From: Octopus bimaculoides
Lineage: Eukaryota
Assembly: GCF_001194135.2 (NCBI RefSeq)
Contig: NC_068986.1
Span: 92,736,722 to 92,800,721 of the forward strand
Reading direction: 5' to 3'
DNA: 64,000 nt
A program made the translations under genes and the position numbers. Below the pieces are notes generated by a model. It was not told the DNA's origin. It worked only from the letters and a program-made list of their open reading frames with translations, and did no database searches. This document shows positions 37,850 to 51,000 of the stretch, piece by piece. Position 1 is the first letter of the stretch; each line of letters begins with the position of its first letter.

Positions 37850-38394
37850 CGCTCCTCTACTCGTGTGAGACATGGACTCTGTACAAACGTCAGGTAAGGG
37901 TCCTTGGATGCTTTCATCAGAGATGTCTCAGACACATTCTCAATGTTGGCTGGACCTAAAAAATTCCAGACACACAGGTCCTGAGGACAGCTGATATCTT
38001 GAGTATCAAGGCAATGGTGCACAAGCACCGGTTATGCTGGACTGGACACCTTATTAGAATGGAGGATAGCAGGATCCCTAAGCAGATTGTCTATGGAGAA
38101 CTTGTAAATGGAAGGAAACTCTGGCAGAAACCAAGGCTGCGCTTTAAGGACTGTGTCAAGTCCTCATTAAAGGCCTGTGATATGCAGGACACCGACTGAG
38201 AGAACAATGCTTGTCATCGCCACAGATGGAGGAAGCAGGTTAAGGAGGGGATCGACACTTTTGAGAGAGCACGTATCCAGCATGAAGAACTTAAGCGAGC
38301 TGTGCGAAAGCGCACGGCTTGTATAGTGAATGGGGAAAGCTTGGTCTGCAATGTTTGCAGTTGTGTATGCTTGTCAAGAGCAGGGCTCATTAGC
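37850..38394 (+). mobile_element. RTE/BovB-like LINE ORF2 C-terminal fragment with C2H2-type finger (pseudogenic)
   Basis: LSIKAMVHKHRLCWTGHLIRMEDSRIPKQIVYGEL...KPRLRFKDCVKSSLK, an in-frame stop, then ...CNVCSCVCLSRAGLIS running into a gap. Confidence 0.85.
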
Positions 38395-39324
38395 NNNNNN
38401 NNNNNNNNNNNNNNNNNNNNNNNNNNNNNNNNNNNNNNNNNNNNNNNNNNNNNNNNNNNNNNNNNNNNNNNNNNNNNNNNNNNNNNNNNNNNNNNNNNNN
38501 NNNNNNNNNNNNNNNNNNNNNNNNNNNNNNNNNNNNNNNNNNNNNNNNNNNNNNNNNNNNNNNNNNNNNNNNNNNNNNNNNNNNNNNNAGATTCAGTTGA
38601 ATATGGTACTTAAGTTTAGGCACCAGAATTAAGTATGGTATTATCCATACAGTTTCAAAATAAAGTGATTAAGATCAAAATAAGCAACAAGGATATCCAA
38701 AGTTAATGCAGTACGATCGTTTCATGTGTTTCATGACTAGCCTGTGTGGTCTGGCTAAGTCAAAATGTTTTTTTGTATTCTTCCTTTCTACTTGGAGAGT
38801 TTAAAAGTTGTTGAAAGGTGCCAATTTTGAAAAATATGATCAGAGGGATTGGTCACTCTCGTCGGTTACCTATTAGCTATGTCACTGCATATTGCTCCAT
38901 GCATGAACAACAAGGTATAGATGAGCTGAGAAAGAATCTGTACACAAGAGGAAATAGCTGTAATTACATATCCATACCAGTGCAGGGCAATGGCTGCAAT
39001 GGTATAGATATGTAATATATATGGGAGAAGCAGGTGGGTGAAGAAATGCCTAGAGATTCATATGAAAGGATCTAATTGAAAAGGAAGGCCAAGGTAGACA
39101 TGGGCTGATCTCAGGAAGTTGAACCACACAACAAATGACAAAGGTATGACAACAAGTTTTTGGGTGCTGTGTTGGAGAGGACTTGTTCAACCCATGTAAG
39201 GATGAATATGAAAATAGTGATGATGAGGATGATGATGGTATATAGCCTTAATTAATAAACATTATTACAGAAAACCAAACAAATACAGAATTGAATCATT
39301 CCCTCTCCATCTTTTCCTCTTATT

Positions 39325-39362
39325 CTTTTCTGCTGAAGAGCATAGGCTCGAAACATAAAAGG
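39325..39362 (+). ncRNA. Degenerate hammerhead-like motif inside a Penelope-type repeat (homologous copy at 12736-12773 on -)
   Basis: ctttt-CTGCTGA-A-GAGC-ATAG-GCTC-GAAA-CA-TA-aaagg; the other copy reads ccttt-CTGTTGA-A-GAGC-ATAG-GCTC-GAAA-TG-TA-aaagg. About 130 nt of flank is homologous between them. Confidence 0.5.
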
Positions 39363-39729
39363 CTCTTCTATTTTTTCTCAAGCCTTAAACTAATACACCT
39401 GCTTGTTGTTCTTACACCTGTCTTCGTCTTTTGTTCTTCTGAAAATTTGAACTATATATAGATATACATGCGTGCATTTGCGCACACGCACACACACACA
39501 TATATTACCATCAACATAACCATCATCATCATCCTCATCATCATCATCAACATATATTTCCACCTAATCTAGGGTTATTACCATATAAAACTGCAAGCAA
39601 ATTCCACTGCTTGTATGGCGATGATGTTTATTGACAATTGGCAGCAGACAATGTCAAGTCAAGAACACACACACATAATCACACATTTATGCATGAGAGT
39701 TTATGTATATATATGTGTGTGTATATCAG

Positions 39730-39762
<33 letters not shown>

Positions 39763-42700
39763 NNNNNNNNNNNNNNNNNNNNNNNNNNNNNNNNNNNNNN
39801 NNNNNNNNNNNNNNNNNNNNNNNNNNNNNNNNNNNNNNNNNNNNNNNNNNNNNNNNNNNNNNNNNNNNNNNNNNNNNNNNNNNNNNNNNNNNNNNNNNNN
39901 NNNNNNNNNNNNNNNNNNNNNNNNNNNNNNNNNNNNNNNNNNNNNNNNNNNNNNNNNNNNNNNNNNNNNNNNNNNNNNNNNNNNNNNNNNNNNNNNNNNN
40001 NNNNNNNNNNNNNNNNNNNNNNNNNNNNNNNNNNNNNNNNNNNNNNNNNNNNNNNNNNNNNNNNNNNNNNNNNNNNNNNNNNNNNNNNNNNNNNNNNNNN
40101 NNNNNNNNNNNNNNNNNNNNNNNNNNNNNNNNNNNNNNNNNNNNNNNNNNNNNNNNNNNNNNNNNNNNNNNNNNNNNNNNNNNNNNNNNNNNNNNNNNNN
40201 NNNNNNNNNNNNNNNNNNNNNNNNNNNNNNNNNNNNNNNNNNNNNNNNNNNNNNNNNNNNNNNNNNNNNNNNNNNNNNNNNNNNNNNNNNNNNNNNNNNN
40301 NNNNNNNNNNNNNNNNNNNNNNNNNNNNNNNNNNNNNNNNNNNNNNNNNNNNNNNNNNNNNNNNNNNNNNNNNNNNNNNNNNNNNNNNNNNNNNNNNNNN
40401 NNNNNNNNNNNNNNNNNNNNNNNNNNNNNNNNNNNNNNNNNNNNNNNNNNNNNNNNNNNNNNNNNNNNNNNNNNNNNNNNNNNNNNNNNNNNNNNNNNNN
40501 NNNNNNNNNNNNNNNNNNNNNNNNNNNNNNNNNNNNNNNNNNNNNNNNNNNNNNNNNNNNNNNNNNNNNNNNNNNNNNNNNNNNNNNNNNNNNNNNNNNN
40601 NNNNNNNNNNNNNNNNNNNNNNNNNNNNNNNNNNNNNNNNNNNNNNNNNNNNNNNNNNNNNNNNNNNNNNNNNNNNNNNNNNGTGTTTGTGTGTGTGTGT
40701 GTCTGTGTTTGTCCCCCTAGCATTGCTTGACAACCGATGCTGGTGTGTTTATGTCCCCGTCACTTAGCAGTTCGGCAAAAGATACCGATAGAATAAGTAC
40801 TAGGCTTACAAAGATTAAGTCCCGGGGTCAATTTGATCAACTAAAGGTGGTGCTCCAGCATGGCCGCAGTCAAATGACTGAAACAAGTAAATGAGTAAAT
40901 AGATAAAAATGAAAATAAAAAAGGGGGACCTTCAAGCATTTCTTTCTAGCATCCCAGATCAACTATAAGCAAAGTGTTTGGACTAAATCAGATTAGGGCT
41001 ACCCCTACTATTTCATTGATCCCACAGTTTAAACATGCTACATTATGATCAAAATATTAGATCCCTGGACATGCTCAGAAAGACAACACAAAAGACAAGT
41101 GTAGTTAACTCTGACGATGATGCTCCATCATGGGCAAAGCTATGATGACTAAAGCAACAAAAGTGAGAAAAATAAAGCTGTATATATGTGTGAGTGTGTA
41201 TGCATGTGCATACATTTGTGTGTGTGTATTGACTTGCTGAATTTAAATAATAATTCAAGTTATATGTAATAAAATGAATAGATATTATTTTGGGACGTAA
41301 TTGTATTTTTGAATACTGCATGCATTCATACAGACACAAACAGAACCATCATCAGCCAGGAAATTTGAGAGCTTCAAAGAAAGTCATAAACTACAAGGTG
41401 TCAGCAGTATTTGGTTGATACTTTACAAAATTCTAATTCCTTCTATTTATGTATAGACTAAGAACTGCTAAGTTCATTGATTAATATACTTTTAATGTAT
41501 CAAGAGTTATCAATATGAATATTTTGTAAAATATATCAAGAATGCTATAGAAGGGATCCACTAGAGTGCTCCATAAAAGAGGTTTATAATTAAGAATGAT
41601 ATATCATAAACATTAAATGAATGCAAAAACATACTTCATGATATGTACATCATCATCATCATTATCATCGTATAACGTCTGCTTTCCATGCTAGCATGGG
41701 TTGGACGATCTGACTGAGGACTGGTGAACCAGGTGGCTACACCATGCACCAATCTGATTTGGCAGAGTTTCTACAACTGGATGCCCTTCCTAACGCCAAC
41801 CACTCCAAGAGTGTAGTGGGGCTTTTACGCGCCACCGGCACGAAGGCCAGTCAGGCGGTACTGGCAACGGCCACGCTCAAAATGGTGTATTTTACGTGCC
41901 ACCTGCACAGGAGCCAGTCCAGTGGCACTGGCAACGACCTTGTTTGAATGTCTTTTCATGTGCCAGGAAGGCGATGCTGGTAACGATCACGCTCAAATGG
42001 TGCTATTTACGTGCCACTGGCACAGAAGCCAGACAGCTGCTCTGGCAACGGTCACGCTCAGACAGTGCTCTTAGCGCTCCACTGGTGCAGGTGCCATCAC
42101 GATTTTGCTTTCACTTGCTCCAACAGGTCTTCGCAAGCCGAGTACATGTATTAAAATAAAAATATTATACCTGGACACAATTGTATTGCTGAAAACTGGT
42201 TACATTTGTAGAAGGACAACTAGAACTATTGTCAGGGGAAATAAATATAGGAGATTCAAATTTACCTAGATTATAATCACTCATAACATCGAAGCCCTCA
42301 ACTACACAGTGTTGAAATTTTGTTGAAAGTTCACAGAATTCAAATTTCCCATGTTTATGTGTAGAATACCCATTGCAAGGTGCACCAACAAATACAGAGT
42401 GTACAATCTAAGCAAATTTGAATGTGTTCTGTTATTTCAGAGTTGGCAATAAATCTAACAATGAAACCAGTTTCCAGAAAGGCAGCACACTAGCAGTGCC
42501 ATTAAAGTGTTAGGTTAAATGCTTTGTGGCTGTTTGTTCCGGCTCTTTCTTTGTGTTCTGAGTTCAAATATTAATGAGGTCAAATGTGCTTTTCATCTGA
42601 AGTAGAGGCCTGCTGCAATATGCATTTGGTTCTCTGTTCTGTCATGTCTATCACTTTGTATGTTAATCCCTGTGACTGTTCATCTAACTGTTATTTTCCC

Positions 42701-43418
42701 TTGTTTTTTTTTTTTACACTGTTTGTCTTTATATAATCTGAGTTAGTTTACTCAAAGCTTGACTAATTAGCAATCACAAACTTTTAATTTGACAGCATTT
42801 TTTGCTGATGTCAGCTGATGAATCTGATGTGTACTTGTACATCATTGGTTAGTTTTGTATTTTTTAAGACAAAAGATCCTGTTTTTATTTACGAGAATGA
42901 CCCAAATTGAGGGGAGAAAAAAAATTGGTTTGAATTTGAAGCAGAGTTCTGTTACATCTCTTTTCAGAATTGATAAACATATTACCAGTCAAGGGTACTG
43001 GAATAAGGAAATTGCAAGCATGCCAGACAGAGTGCCTTGCAGAATCTATTTTGGCTCTTTGTGTTCAGAGTTCAAATCTCACATTGTTCATCATTATAGC
43101 GAAGTAGCTTCTGGGTGGAGTCAGAAAATATTCCCACGCTGCACTGAATTCAAAATTATTTATGTTCTTGTTGAGAAGCAACACTCAGACTCTACAAAAT
43201 GCTTAATAGGTAACTATGATGACAACGACAATGATAATGATGATTGTATTCTGGTATAATATGTTTTATTTTGTTATGTATACCATAAATTATTTTTTTA
43301 TTCTGTTAGTCTACATATTGTATTAAGCTATATCACGCTAAACCTAGTTTATGGAGCATTTCTATGAAATCCTGCCTTACAAAGTATTCTTGATGCATTT
43401 CAACTTGTGAGCATATGC

Positions 43419-43476
<58 letters not shown>

Positions 43477-43901
43477 GTGTAGGAGTGGCTGTGTGGTAAG
43501 TAGTTTGCTTACCAACCACATGGTTCCGGGTTCAGTCCTACTAAGTGGCATCTTGGGCAAGTGTCTTCTACTATAGCCTCGGGTCGACCAAAGCCTTGTG
43601 AGTGGATTTAGTAGACGGAAACTGAAAGAAGCCTGTCGTATATATGTATATGTATATGTATATATGTATGTGTGTGTATATGTTTGTGTGTCTGTGTTTG
43701 TCCCCCCAGCATCTTTTGACAACCGATGGTGGAGTGTTTACTCCCCATGACATAGCGGTTTGGCAAAAGAGACCGATAGAATAAGTACTAGTCCTGGGGT
43801 CGATTTGCTCGACTAAAGGTGGTACTCCAGCATGACCACAGTCAGATGACTGAAACAAGTAAAAAAGTAAAGAGTAAAAGAGTACAAGCATGCATACATA
43901 C

Positions 43902-43932
<31 letters not shown>

Positions 43933-44341
43933 CATCACTAAAGTGATTGTGGGTACTAGTGATGTATATATTTCTGCCATTTGGTTGTAAGATTACAAGC
44001 GAGCCACCCTTATTATTTATACATATATATGTATGTATATGTATATTATTTATTAAAATGTGATATTAAGTATATGTGTATCTTGTGTTTCTTTTGTTCA
44101 TAGATTTTCTTGTTTTCCTTTATTTCTGTTTCTTGACATGAAATTGAAGACAACAGTGGTGAAAGTACCAGAGTGAATATCATCTTACAGATTTTCACTA
44201 CATCCTTCTACATGGACCAATGAGGAGGCCTGTATGTAGCTATGTGAGCTGCAAGAAGTATTTTTGACAATGGTTAAGTTGTTATGTATAACATACATCA
44301 CATATTAGATAGACCATTATATGTAATGCACATCTAGATGG

Positions 44342-44398
<57 letters not shown>

Positions 44399-45033
44399 NN
44401 NNNNNNNNNNNNNNNNNNNNNNNNNNNNNNNNNNNNNNNNNNNNNNNNNNNNNNNNNNNNNNNNNNNNNNNNNNNNNNNNNNNNNNNNNNNNNNNNNNNN
44501 NNNNNNNNNNNNNNNNNNNNNNNNNNNNNNNNNNNNNNNNNNNNNNNNNNNNNNNNNNNNNNNNNNNNNNNNNNNNNNNNNNNNNNNNNNNNNNNNNNNN
44601 NNNNNNNNNNNNNNNNNNNNNNNNNNNNNNNNNNNNNNNNNNNNNNNNNNNNNNNNNNNNNNNNNNNNNNNNNNNNNNNNNNNNNNNNNNNNNNNNNNNN
44701 NNNNNNNNNNNNNNNNNNNNNNNNNNNNNNNNNNNNNNNNNNNNNNNNNNNNNNNNNNNNNNNNNNNNNNNNNNNNNNNNNNNNNNNNNNNNNNNNNNNN
44801 NNNNNNNNNNNNNNNNNNNNNNNNNNNNNNNNNNNNNNNNNNNNNNNNNNNNNNNNNNNNNNNNNNNNNNNNNCGACAAGATAATTTTACAATATTCTTT
44901 GAGTTGAAGAATCAAATAATTTGTGGTAATTTTAGTTAAATTTCTTTATGTCCTATGTTCAAATCCTTGCTGAAGTTGACAAAGATAACTAACAAATACT
45001 TATTCAGAAAAAAGTGATGGAAACAATTACGTA

Positions 45034-45394
45034 ACAAGAGCACTCAGAGTGCAAACCTCCCCCAAGGCAACACCAACATCCTCCCAACGATTAGCCAGAG
45101 ATTTTTAAAATGAGAATGTCTGAAATAAACTCGATTGCTCTCACAAATGAGAATACTAAAAATGAACCCGACCACTCTCAAAAATTAAGTTAAAAAAACG
45201 AGAAAATAATCCAGAATCCTTGACTGGTACTGGATCAATCCCCAAATCTAATCAGTTTGTGCCAGTCATGGGGCCAATCATCCCTGAAAGTTTCATTCGA
45301 ATCCATCCAGTGGTTCTTGAGATATCATGTGCACGAACAAACAAACAAACATGGCTGAAAACAATACCTCCACCTTCGCTAAAGTGGAGATAAT
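45034..45394 (+). mobile_element. Non-autonomous element with 5' ACCTCCCCAAGG motif, (ACAA)n and a 3' hairpin (HINE/Helentron-like, unconfirmed)
   Basis: Starts AACAAGAGCACTCAGAGTGCAAACCTCCCCAAGG and ends ACAAACAAACAAAC...ACCTCCACCTT-CGCT-AAAGTGGAGATAAT. Confidence 0.55.
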
Positions 45395-46804
45395 TAATTG
45401 GTTCAGGAAGCGGAGTGTCTGATGTTTTGGACAGTCCTTCTTTAGAGTTGAGAAAACTTGGGGAAAACGGGCTGACAAATGAGTTTTATATCTTCTATAC
45501 TTGAGTAACTAGTTGCAACTGATATGACCTTATATATAACACCATACTTCAAACATTTAATTATACATAATATCACCATGGTTCTTAAATAGATATAAAA
45601 ATATATACATATACATAAAAACACAGAAGGTAAAAATAATGACTGAAAATTCATAAAAATTCTGAAGTGTGCCATACTACTAAAAACCTAATGAACTAAG
45701 ATAAAATAAAATATCAAATAACTAAAAAAGTTTTATGAAATGATTAAAAATATATATATGTGTGTGTGTGTGTACATATATATCATCATCATCGTCGTTT
45801 AATGTCCGCCTTCCATGCTGGCATGGGTGGGGCAGTTTGACAAAAGCCAGCAAGGCAGAAGCCTGCACCAGACTTCTGTAACTGTTTTGGCAGGATTTTT
45901 ACAGCTGGATGCCCTTCCTAACACCAACCACCCAGCAGAATGGACTTAGTGCTTTTTATGTCAACTTAATGCTTTTTTACATGACTCAAGCTTTTTACGA
46001 GATATATATACACACACACAAACACGCACAGACACCTACACATGCAAATATATATACCTGTATGGTTGGAGCAGCTGTGTGATAAGTAGCTTGCTTACCA
46101 ACCACATGGTTCTGGGTTCAGTCCCACTGCATGGCACCTTAGGCAAGTGTCTTCTACTATAGCCTTGGACCAACCAAAGCCTTGTGAGTGGATTTGGTAG
46201 ACGGAAACTGAAAGGAGCCTGTCGTATATATGTATANNNNNNNNNNNNNNNNNNNNNNNTGTGTGTGTGTGTGTGTGTGTGTATGTTTGTGTATGTGTTT
46301 GTGTGTCTGTGTTTGTCCCCACAACATCGCTTGACAACCGATGCTGATGTGTTTACGTCCCCGTCACTTAGCGGTTCGGCAAAAGGGACCGATAGAATAC
46401 GTACTAGGCTTACAAAGAATAAGTACTGGGTTCGATTTGCTCGACTTAAGGCGGTGCTCCAGCATGGCCGCAGTCAAATGCCTGAAACAAGTAAAAGAGT
46501 AATCGTTACAAATACCATTGACAAAAAAAAATAATTGAAAAGAAAGTTGTTGTTTTGCATACGCGTGTGTCCATATATACACACACATATATATACACAC
46601 ACACATACCTCTTTATTTTTCATTGGTAGACAGTTACAAAAGTTACAAAAAAAATACAAAATAATAATAAAAATAAAAAAATTAAAATGTATATCTATTC
46701 ATGTGTGGAGTGTATGCATATTAGTATATGTCGGTAGGTATGCATGTGTGTGTGTGTGTGTATGTGTACATATAGATATTTGCACATCAGTTTTGGTATA
46801 GTGT

Positions 46805-46844
46805 TTTATTTTGTTTGTTTGTTTTTGTCTATTTCTCATTTATT
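46805..46844 (-). promoter_or_regulatory. Two candidate AATAAA polyadenylation signals for KMO
   Basis: tttatt on + at 46839-46844 and 46805-46810, i.e. 54 and 88 nt past the stop. The context is AT-rich, so this is weak evidence. Confidence 0.4.
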
Positions 46845-46897
46845 GTAATATTTGTTTGTCATTTGATGCTGGTGGTGGAATGTGTTGTCATGTGAGT

Positions 46898-47008
46898 TTA
46901 AAAGGGGAGTGTGTCCTGTATGAAGTGGAGTACATGTTCCTGGAGCATCCATGTACAGGTACCAAAGCAGGTGACCAAAGTGAGTAACTTCCCAGTCTTC
47001 AGCAGCAA
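46898..47008 (-). CDS. KMO: KMO terminal coding exon (hydrophobic tail, TAA stop)
   Basis: ttttcttccattttcag|TTG...TTT TAA; phase 0 matches the upstream exon; LLLKTGKLLTLVTCFGTCTWMLQEHVLHFIQDTLPF*. Sequence conservation is low, so support comes mainly from the splice site, phase and position. Confidence 0.78.
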   Translation of the reverse strand: MLLKTGKLLTLVTCFGTCTWMLQEHVLHFIQDTLPF

Positions 47009-47138
47009 CTGAAAATGGAAGAAAATATATATATATATATATATATACATATATAAAGAGAAAATATAACCATTGTGTGTTTTTGTCAGAAAATAGCAAT
47101 TGCAACTTAATTCTCCTCATTCTCACCATCATCACTAT

Positions 47139-47173
<35 letters not shown>

Positions 47174-48327
47174 CCATTTTTGTCACCACTATGTTGTTGT
47201 CTTCCTCCTCCTTATCATCATCACCGCTGTCATCATAAGCTTCATCATTGTTGTCATCACCATCAACGTTATCATTGTCATTTTCATCATCTTCATTAAC
47301 ATCATGGTCATCCTCCTCCTCCTCCTCGTCACTGCCGCTGCCACCAGCACCACCACCAGTACCACCACCACCATCATCATCATCATAGTCGTCATCATCA
47401 CCATCTTCATCATTATCATCATTGCTAATCACCAACATATGTGGAACACAATTTCACATGCAAATCACACTCTGCACACACACACTCACACACACACAAA
47501 CAATGGAAAAAGGACTAACACTTGCTCAAACACACACACACCATTCACAAACAATTGCACGTGACACAAGGAAGCTGTGGCGCTTTGCAGCTTCACTCCC
47601 TCTCCATAGAATCTCCAGTTCTATCTCTCAGCACAGCAACAGCAAACGACTTCAACCAGAGTCTCGCAATGGCAAACACCTTATGAATGAAAGTATCATC
47701 ACTGTAGAAGTGGTTAGGATATTTGGATCATGATTGTAAGGTCCTGAGTTCAATACCTGGTGGTACATTGTTTCCTTGGGTGACACATTTTATTTCGTGT
47801 TGCTCCAGTCCATTCAGCTTGCCAAAAATGAGTAGTACCTGTATTTCAAAGGGCCAGCCTTGTCACATTCTCTGTGGTAGGGAATCTCCCTGAGAACTAA
47901 TTTAAGGGTATGTGTGTCTGTAGAGTGCTCAGCCGTTTGTATGTCATTTCATGAGCTGGTTATTCCATTGATCAGCCACCCATCATAACTGAAATACTGC
48001 TAAATTTCTTTAATTTTTATAGAAGCTGTCTAAACCACTGAAATGAATTGTGTGTGTGTGTGTGTGTGTGTGTGTCTGTAGATCATCATCATCATCATCA
48101 TCGTTTAACTTCCGTTTTCTACGATGGCATGGGTTGGAGTTTGGGAAGCCAGGAGGCTGCACCAGGCCCCAATCTGATCTGGCAGTGTTTCTACAGCTGG
48201 ATGCCCCTCCTAACGCCAACCACTCTGAGAGTGTAGTGGGTGATTTTTATGTGGTCTCCATAAATGCCTTCATGTATAACATTGTTGAAAACTCACTGTC
48301 TTTGTTAATGTCTGTAATTTCTGTATG

Positions 48328-48726
48328 TATTGGGTTGTCTGGAAAGTTTGTGCCGATTTATAGTACCTTTCGGAATTAAGCATTCCACCTAACAAGGAGG
48401 GACAAGTGAGTACCTGGTGTTCATATGCCTACACAAATGTTGTACATTTGTGTATGCATATCAGTGTGTGAGCATGCTCAGGTATGCCTGCATGTATTGG
48501 GTTGTCCGGAAAGTTCGCGCCGATTTATAGTAGCTTACCTTTCGACGTATTTGCCATGAAACCACCTCAATTCTGGGAAGAGGGTATTTTCAAGTTAAAG
48601 GAAAGATGGAGGCACATTGTGCAACAAAATGGTTCATATTTGGTTGATTAAAAATGTAATGGCGAGTATTTATTGACCTTTTTCTTTCCTTTAAAAATCA
48701 GCATGAACTTTCTGGACAACCCAATA
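48328..48726 (+). mobile_element. Mariner-derived MITE with an extra TIR (3-TIR composite)
   Basis: TATTGGGTTGTCC/TGGAAAGTT at 48328 and 48495, inverted at about 48705-48726. Internal PPQFWEEGIFKLKERWRHIVQQNGSY is a mariner C-terminus. A near-identical inverted copy lies at 63733-64000. Confidence 0.85.
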
Positions 48727-49272
48727 GTTTAATGCATATGCATGATGGTGAAATGGTTAAGAGCTTTGCTTTTCAACGTCAACGTCCCAGGTTCAATTCC
48801 AGTGCAGACCATCTTGGGAAAATTTCATTTTTGATAGATTTTGTGTTTGCCCATGTGTTAGACTGTGTGCATATGTTTGCATGCTTGTGCATGTATTTGA
48901 ACTTCACCTTATGTATGTGTATGTGTACAGCAGTGTACATGTTTGGCTGCAGTGTAAATATATGCATGTATCAGTATACATGTCTGTGTGCACCAGTGTA
49001 CATGTGTGTATAAATAAATGTACATGTGTGTGCACCATTGCACCTACTTATGCATATTTATGTGCACATGTGCAACTGTTTGTATGTGTGCACGCATATG
49101 CATGCATGTGTGTACATGTATGCATATGTGTGCATGTGCAAATGTATATGAGCATGTATATGTGTGCACAGTTTGTATACACGTGCATGCATATATGTGT
49201 GTATGTACATGTAGGTATTTATGTATGCATATGTGTGTAAATGTTGCATGAAATGAAAGTGCATTTTCTCAC

Positions 49273-49332
49273 CTGGTCCTGCCATTTTTTCTTAGCAATA
49301 CATTCATGGTAACGAATCCTGGAAAAGCTGAC
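49273..49332 (-). CDS. KMO: KMO exon
   Basis: ttgcag|GTC...CAG|gtgaga; 60 nt; VSFSRIRYHECIAKKKWQDQ (compare vertebrate VTFSRIRYHEA...WQ). Confidence 0.94.
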
Positions 49333-50671
49333 CTGCAAATATAATTAATTATATAATTAATAGAGAAATTAATTTTTTGTAATCAGCTTTAGTTTCTAGG
49401 AGTCGAGGTTTCACTTCTCATGTTAGCTGAGGCACATGGACATGAAAAAACTATGGCTAAATAGCAGAAGCAGTGGAAGTACTTAGAAATGGTAGAAGAA
49501 GAAGAAGAAGAAGAAGAAGAAGAAGAAGAAGAAGAAGAAGAAGAAGCATAATTGTCAGGAATGGTTGCAATGTGCGCATATAATATAATATTTGTAGATA
49601 TGTATAATATATCATATTCATTATATATATATGTAGACAGTTGAAAAGGAACACGAACTGATATGTATAAGGAAAATAAATCAAGGTAGAAAATGTTAAA
49701 ATAATTTTATCATAAAAAACATTTTAATGCCGGTTTCAGTCATTGAGACTTTTTCAACTCTAAGTATGGAAAATAATTAAATTTTAGAAAAATTAAATGT
49801 GAAGTTTTTTAAAAGAATATTTGCTTAGTATTNNNNNNNNNNNNNNNNNNNNNNNNNNNNNNNNNNNNNNNNNNNNNNNNNNNNNNNNNNNNNNNNNNNN
49901 NNNNNNNNNNNNNNNNNNNNNNNNNNNNNNNNNNNNNNNNNNNNNNNNNNNNNNNNNNNNNNNNNNNNNNNNNNNNNNNNNNNNNNNNNNNNNNNNNNNN
50001 NNNNNNNNNNNNNNNNNNNNNNNNNNNNNNNNNNNNNNNNNNNNNNNNNNNNNNNNNNNNNNNNNNNNNNNNNNNNNNNNNNNNNNNNNNNNNNNNNNNN
50101 NNNNNNNGGTGCATATCTGGGTACAGGACATTGCAAACCAAACGTAGACAAAAAAATAATAATAACCAGAGTACAGAACACACAGGCCACATAGAGAACA
50201 TTTTCCTTCATCAGCTACCCCCATTCTAACACAGGCGTTTTGAAGAGTAGGGCAGGACGCATCGCTAAAATGGCTCTTCCCACGGACCACAAATTAAATT
50301 TGTATACACAAATTAAACTTTTACCATGGAGGAATGTAGTGGCGGACAGAAAACAAGACAGGAACACAAACGGAAAGGGCTATACGGCCAGACGTGAAAA
50401 ATTATGTGTATGTTGAACGCTGTGAAGCAACGAACTGGAAACGGGACAAAGTAAGTTCGCGTGTTTGCTTGGCGATAGCCAAAGAAGAAAAGAATTAGTA
50501 AGTGGACACATGTGACCAGCAAGGAGTAGGGAAGAGAGAGAGTGGTAGAGGGAGAAAAAAGGGGGAGGAAGTAGAAAATAGGTGAGCAACGAGAGAAAGA
50601 GAGGAAGAGAGAAATATAGTAGTAACAGAAGGAAGTACGAGAGGGGGAAAGAGAGAGATATAGTAGTAACA

Positions 50672-50705
<34 letters not shown>

Positions 50706-50764
50706 CCACACACACTCACATATAAGTATATAGATATAGATAGATAGATATTTAAAAGTTTTAC

Positions 50765-50866
50765 CATTGAGTAGAGTGGAATCCAGTGATGGGGGAACAG
50801 TTTATTGAGAAGGTTGTCCACAAGTTTCCTCACCAGAAATAATTTAGAATTCACCAAGGACCGCAT
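50765..50866 (-). CDS. KMO: KMO exon
   Basis: ggacag|ATG...ATG|gtaaaa; 102 nt; MRSLVNSKLFLVRKLVDNLLNKLFPHHWIPLYSM. Confidence 0.94.
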
Positions 50867-51000
50867 CTGTCCATAAAAAAATACGTTATAAGAACACAAC
50901 ATCAGAGAAGTAGAGGATGAAGGACTCGTCAAATATCATTTAGGATAAAGTGAAACATACTGTAAAAGAAAATAAATAACTAGAAAGAATAATACATATA

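Noticed and set aside
46960-46990. LTLVTC in the KMO tail resembles the sortase TLxTC motif
   Set aside because: A six-residue coincidence within a eukaryotic spliced gene; no other sortase features.
46836-47008. Longer alternative frame of the last KMO exon (VAAEDWEVTHFGHLLWYLY...YYNK*)
   Set aside because: It needs a phase-1 junction, but the upstream 60-nt exon ends in phase 0. No bridging exon was found.
47563-47700. Possible extra minus-strand exon (DDTFIHKVFAIARLWLKSF...)
   Set aside because: The apparent acceptor lies in a decayed SINE head, the KMO frame would start with TGA, and there is no good donor.
49728-49760. Further hammerhead-like remnants (49728-49760 on -, ~50190-50215 on -, ~50365-50400 on +, ~62149-62183 on +)
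   Set aside because: Each lacks half of the core or a credible stem. They are at best heavily decayed relics and could be chance matches.
50108-50211. Minus-strand ORF MKENVLYVACVFCTLVIIIFLSTFGLQCPVPRYA resembling a signal-anchor protein
   Set aside because: It lies inside the KMO intron between exons that join in frame without it, and all three minus frames look hydrophobic because the strand is T-rich.
50220-50520. CpG-richer patch with a + strand GTAAGT at 50451, suggesting an antisense promoter or exon
   Set aside because: No ATG-initiated frame, acceptor or partner exon could be supported; it is more likely an old repeat fragment.
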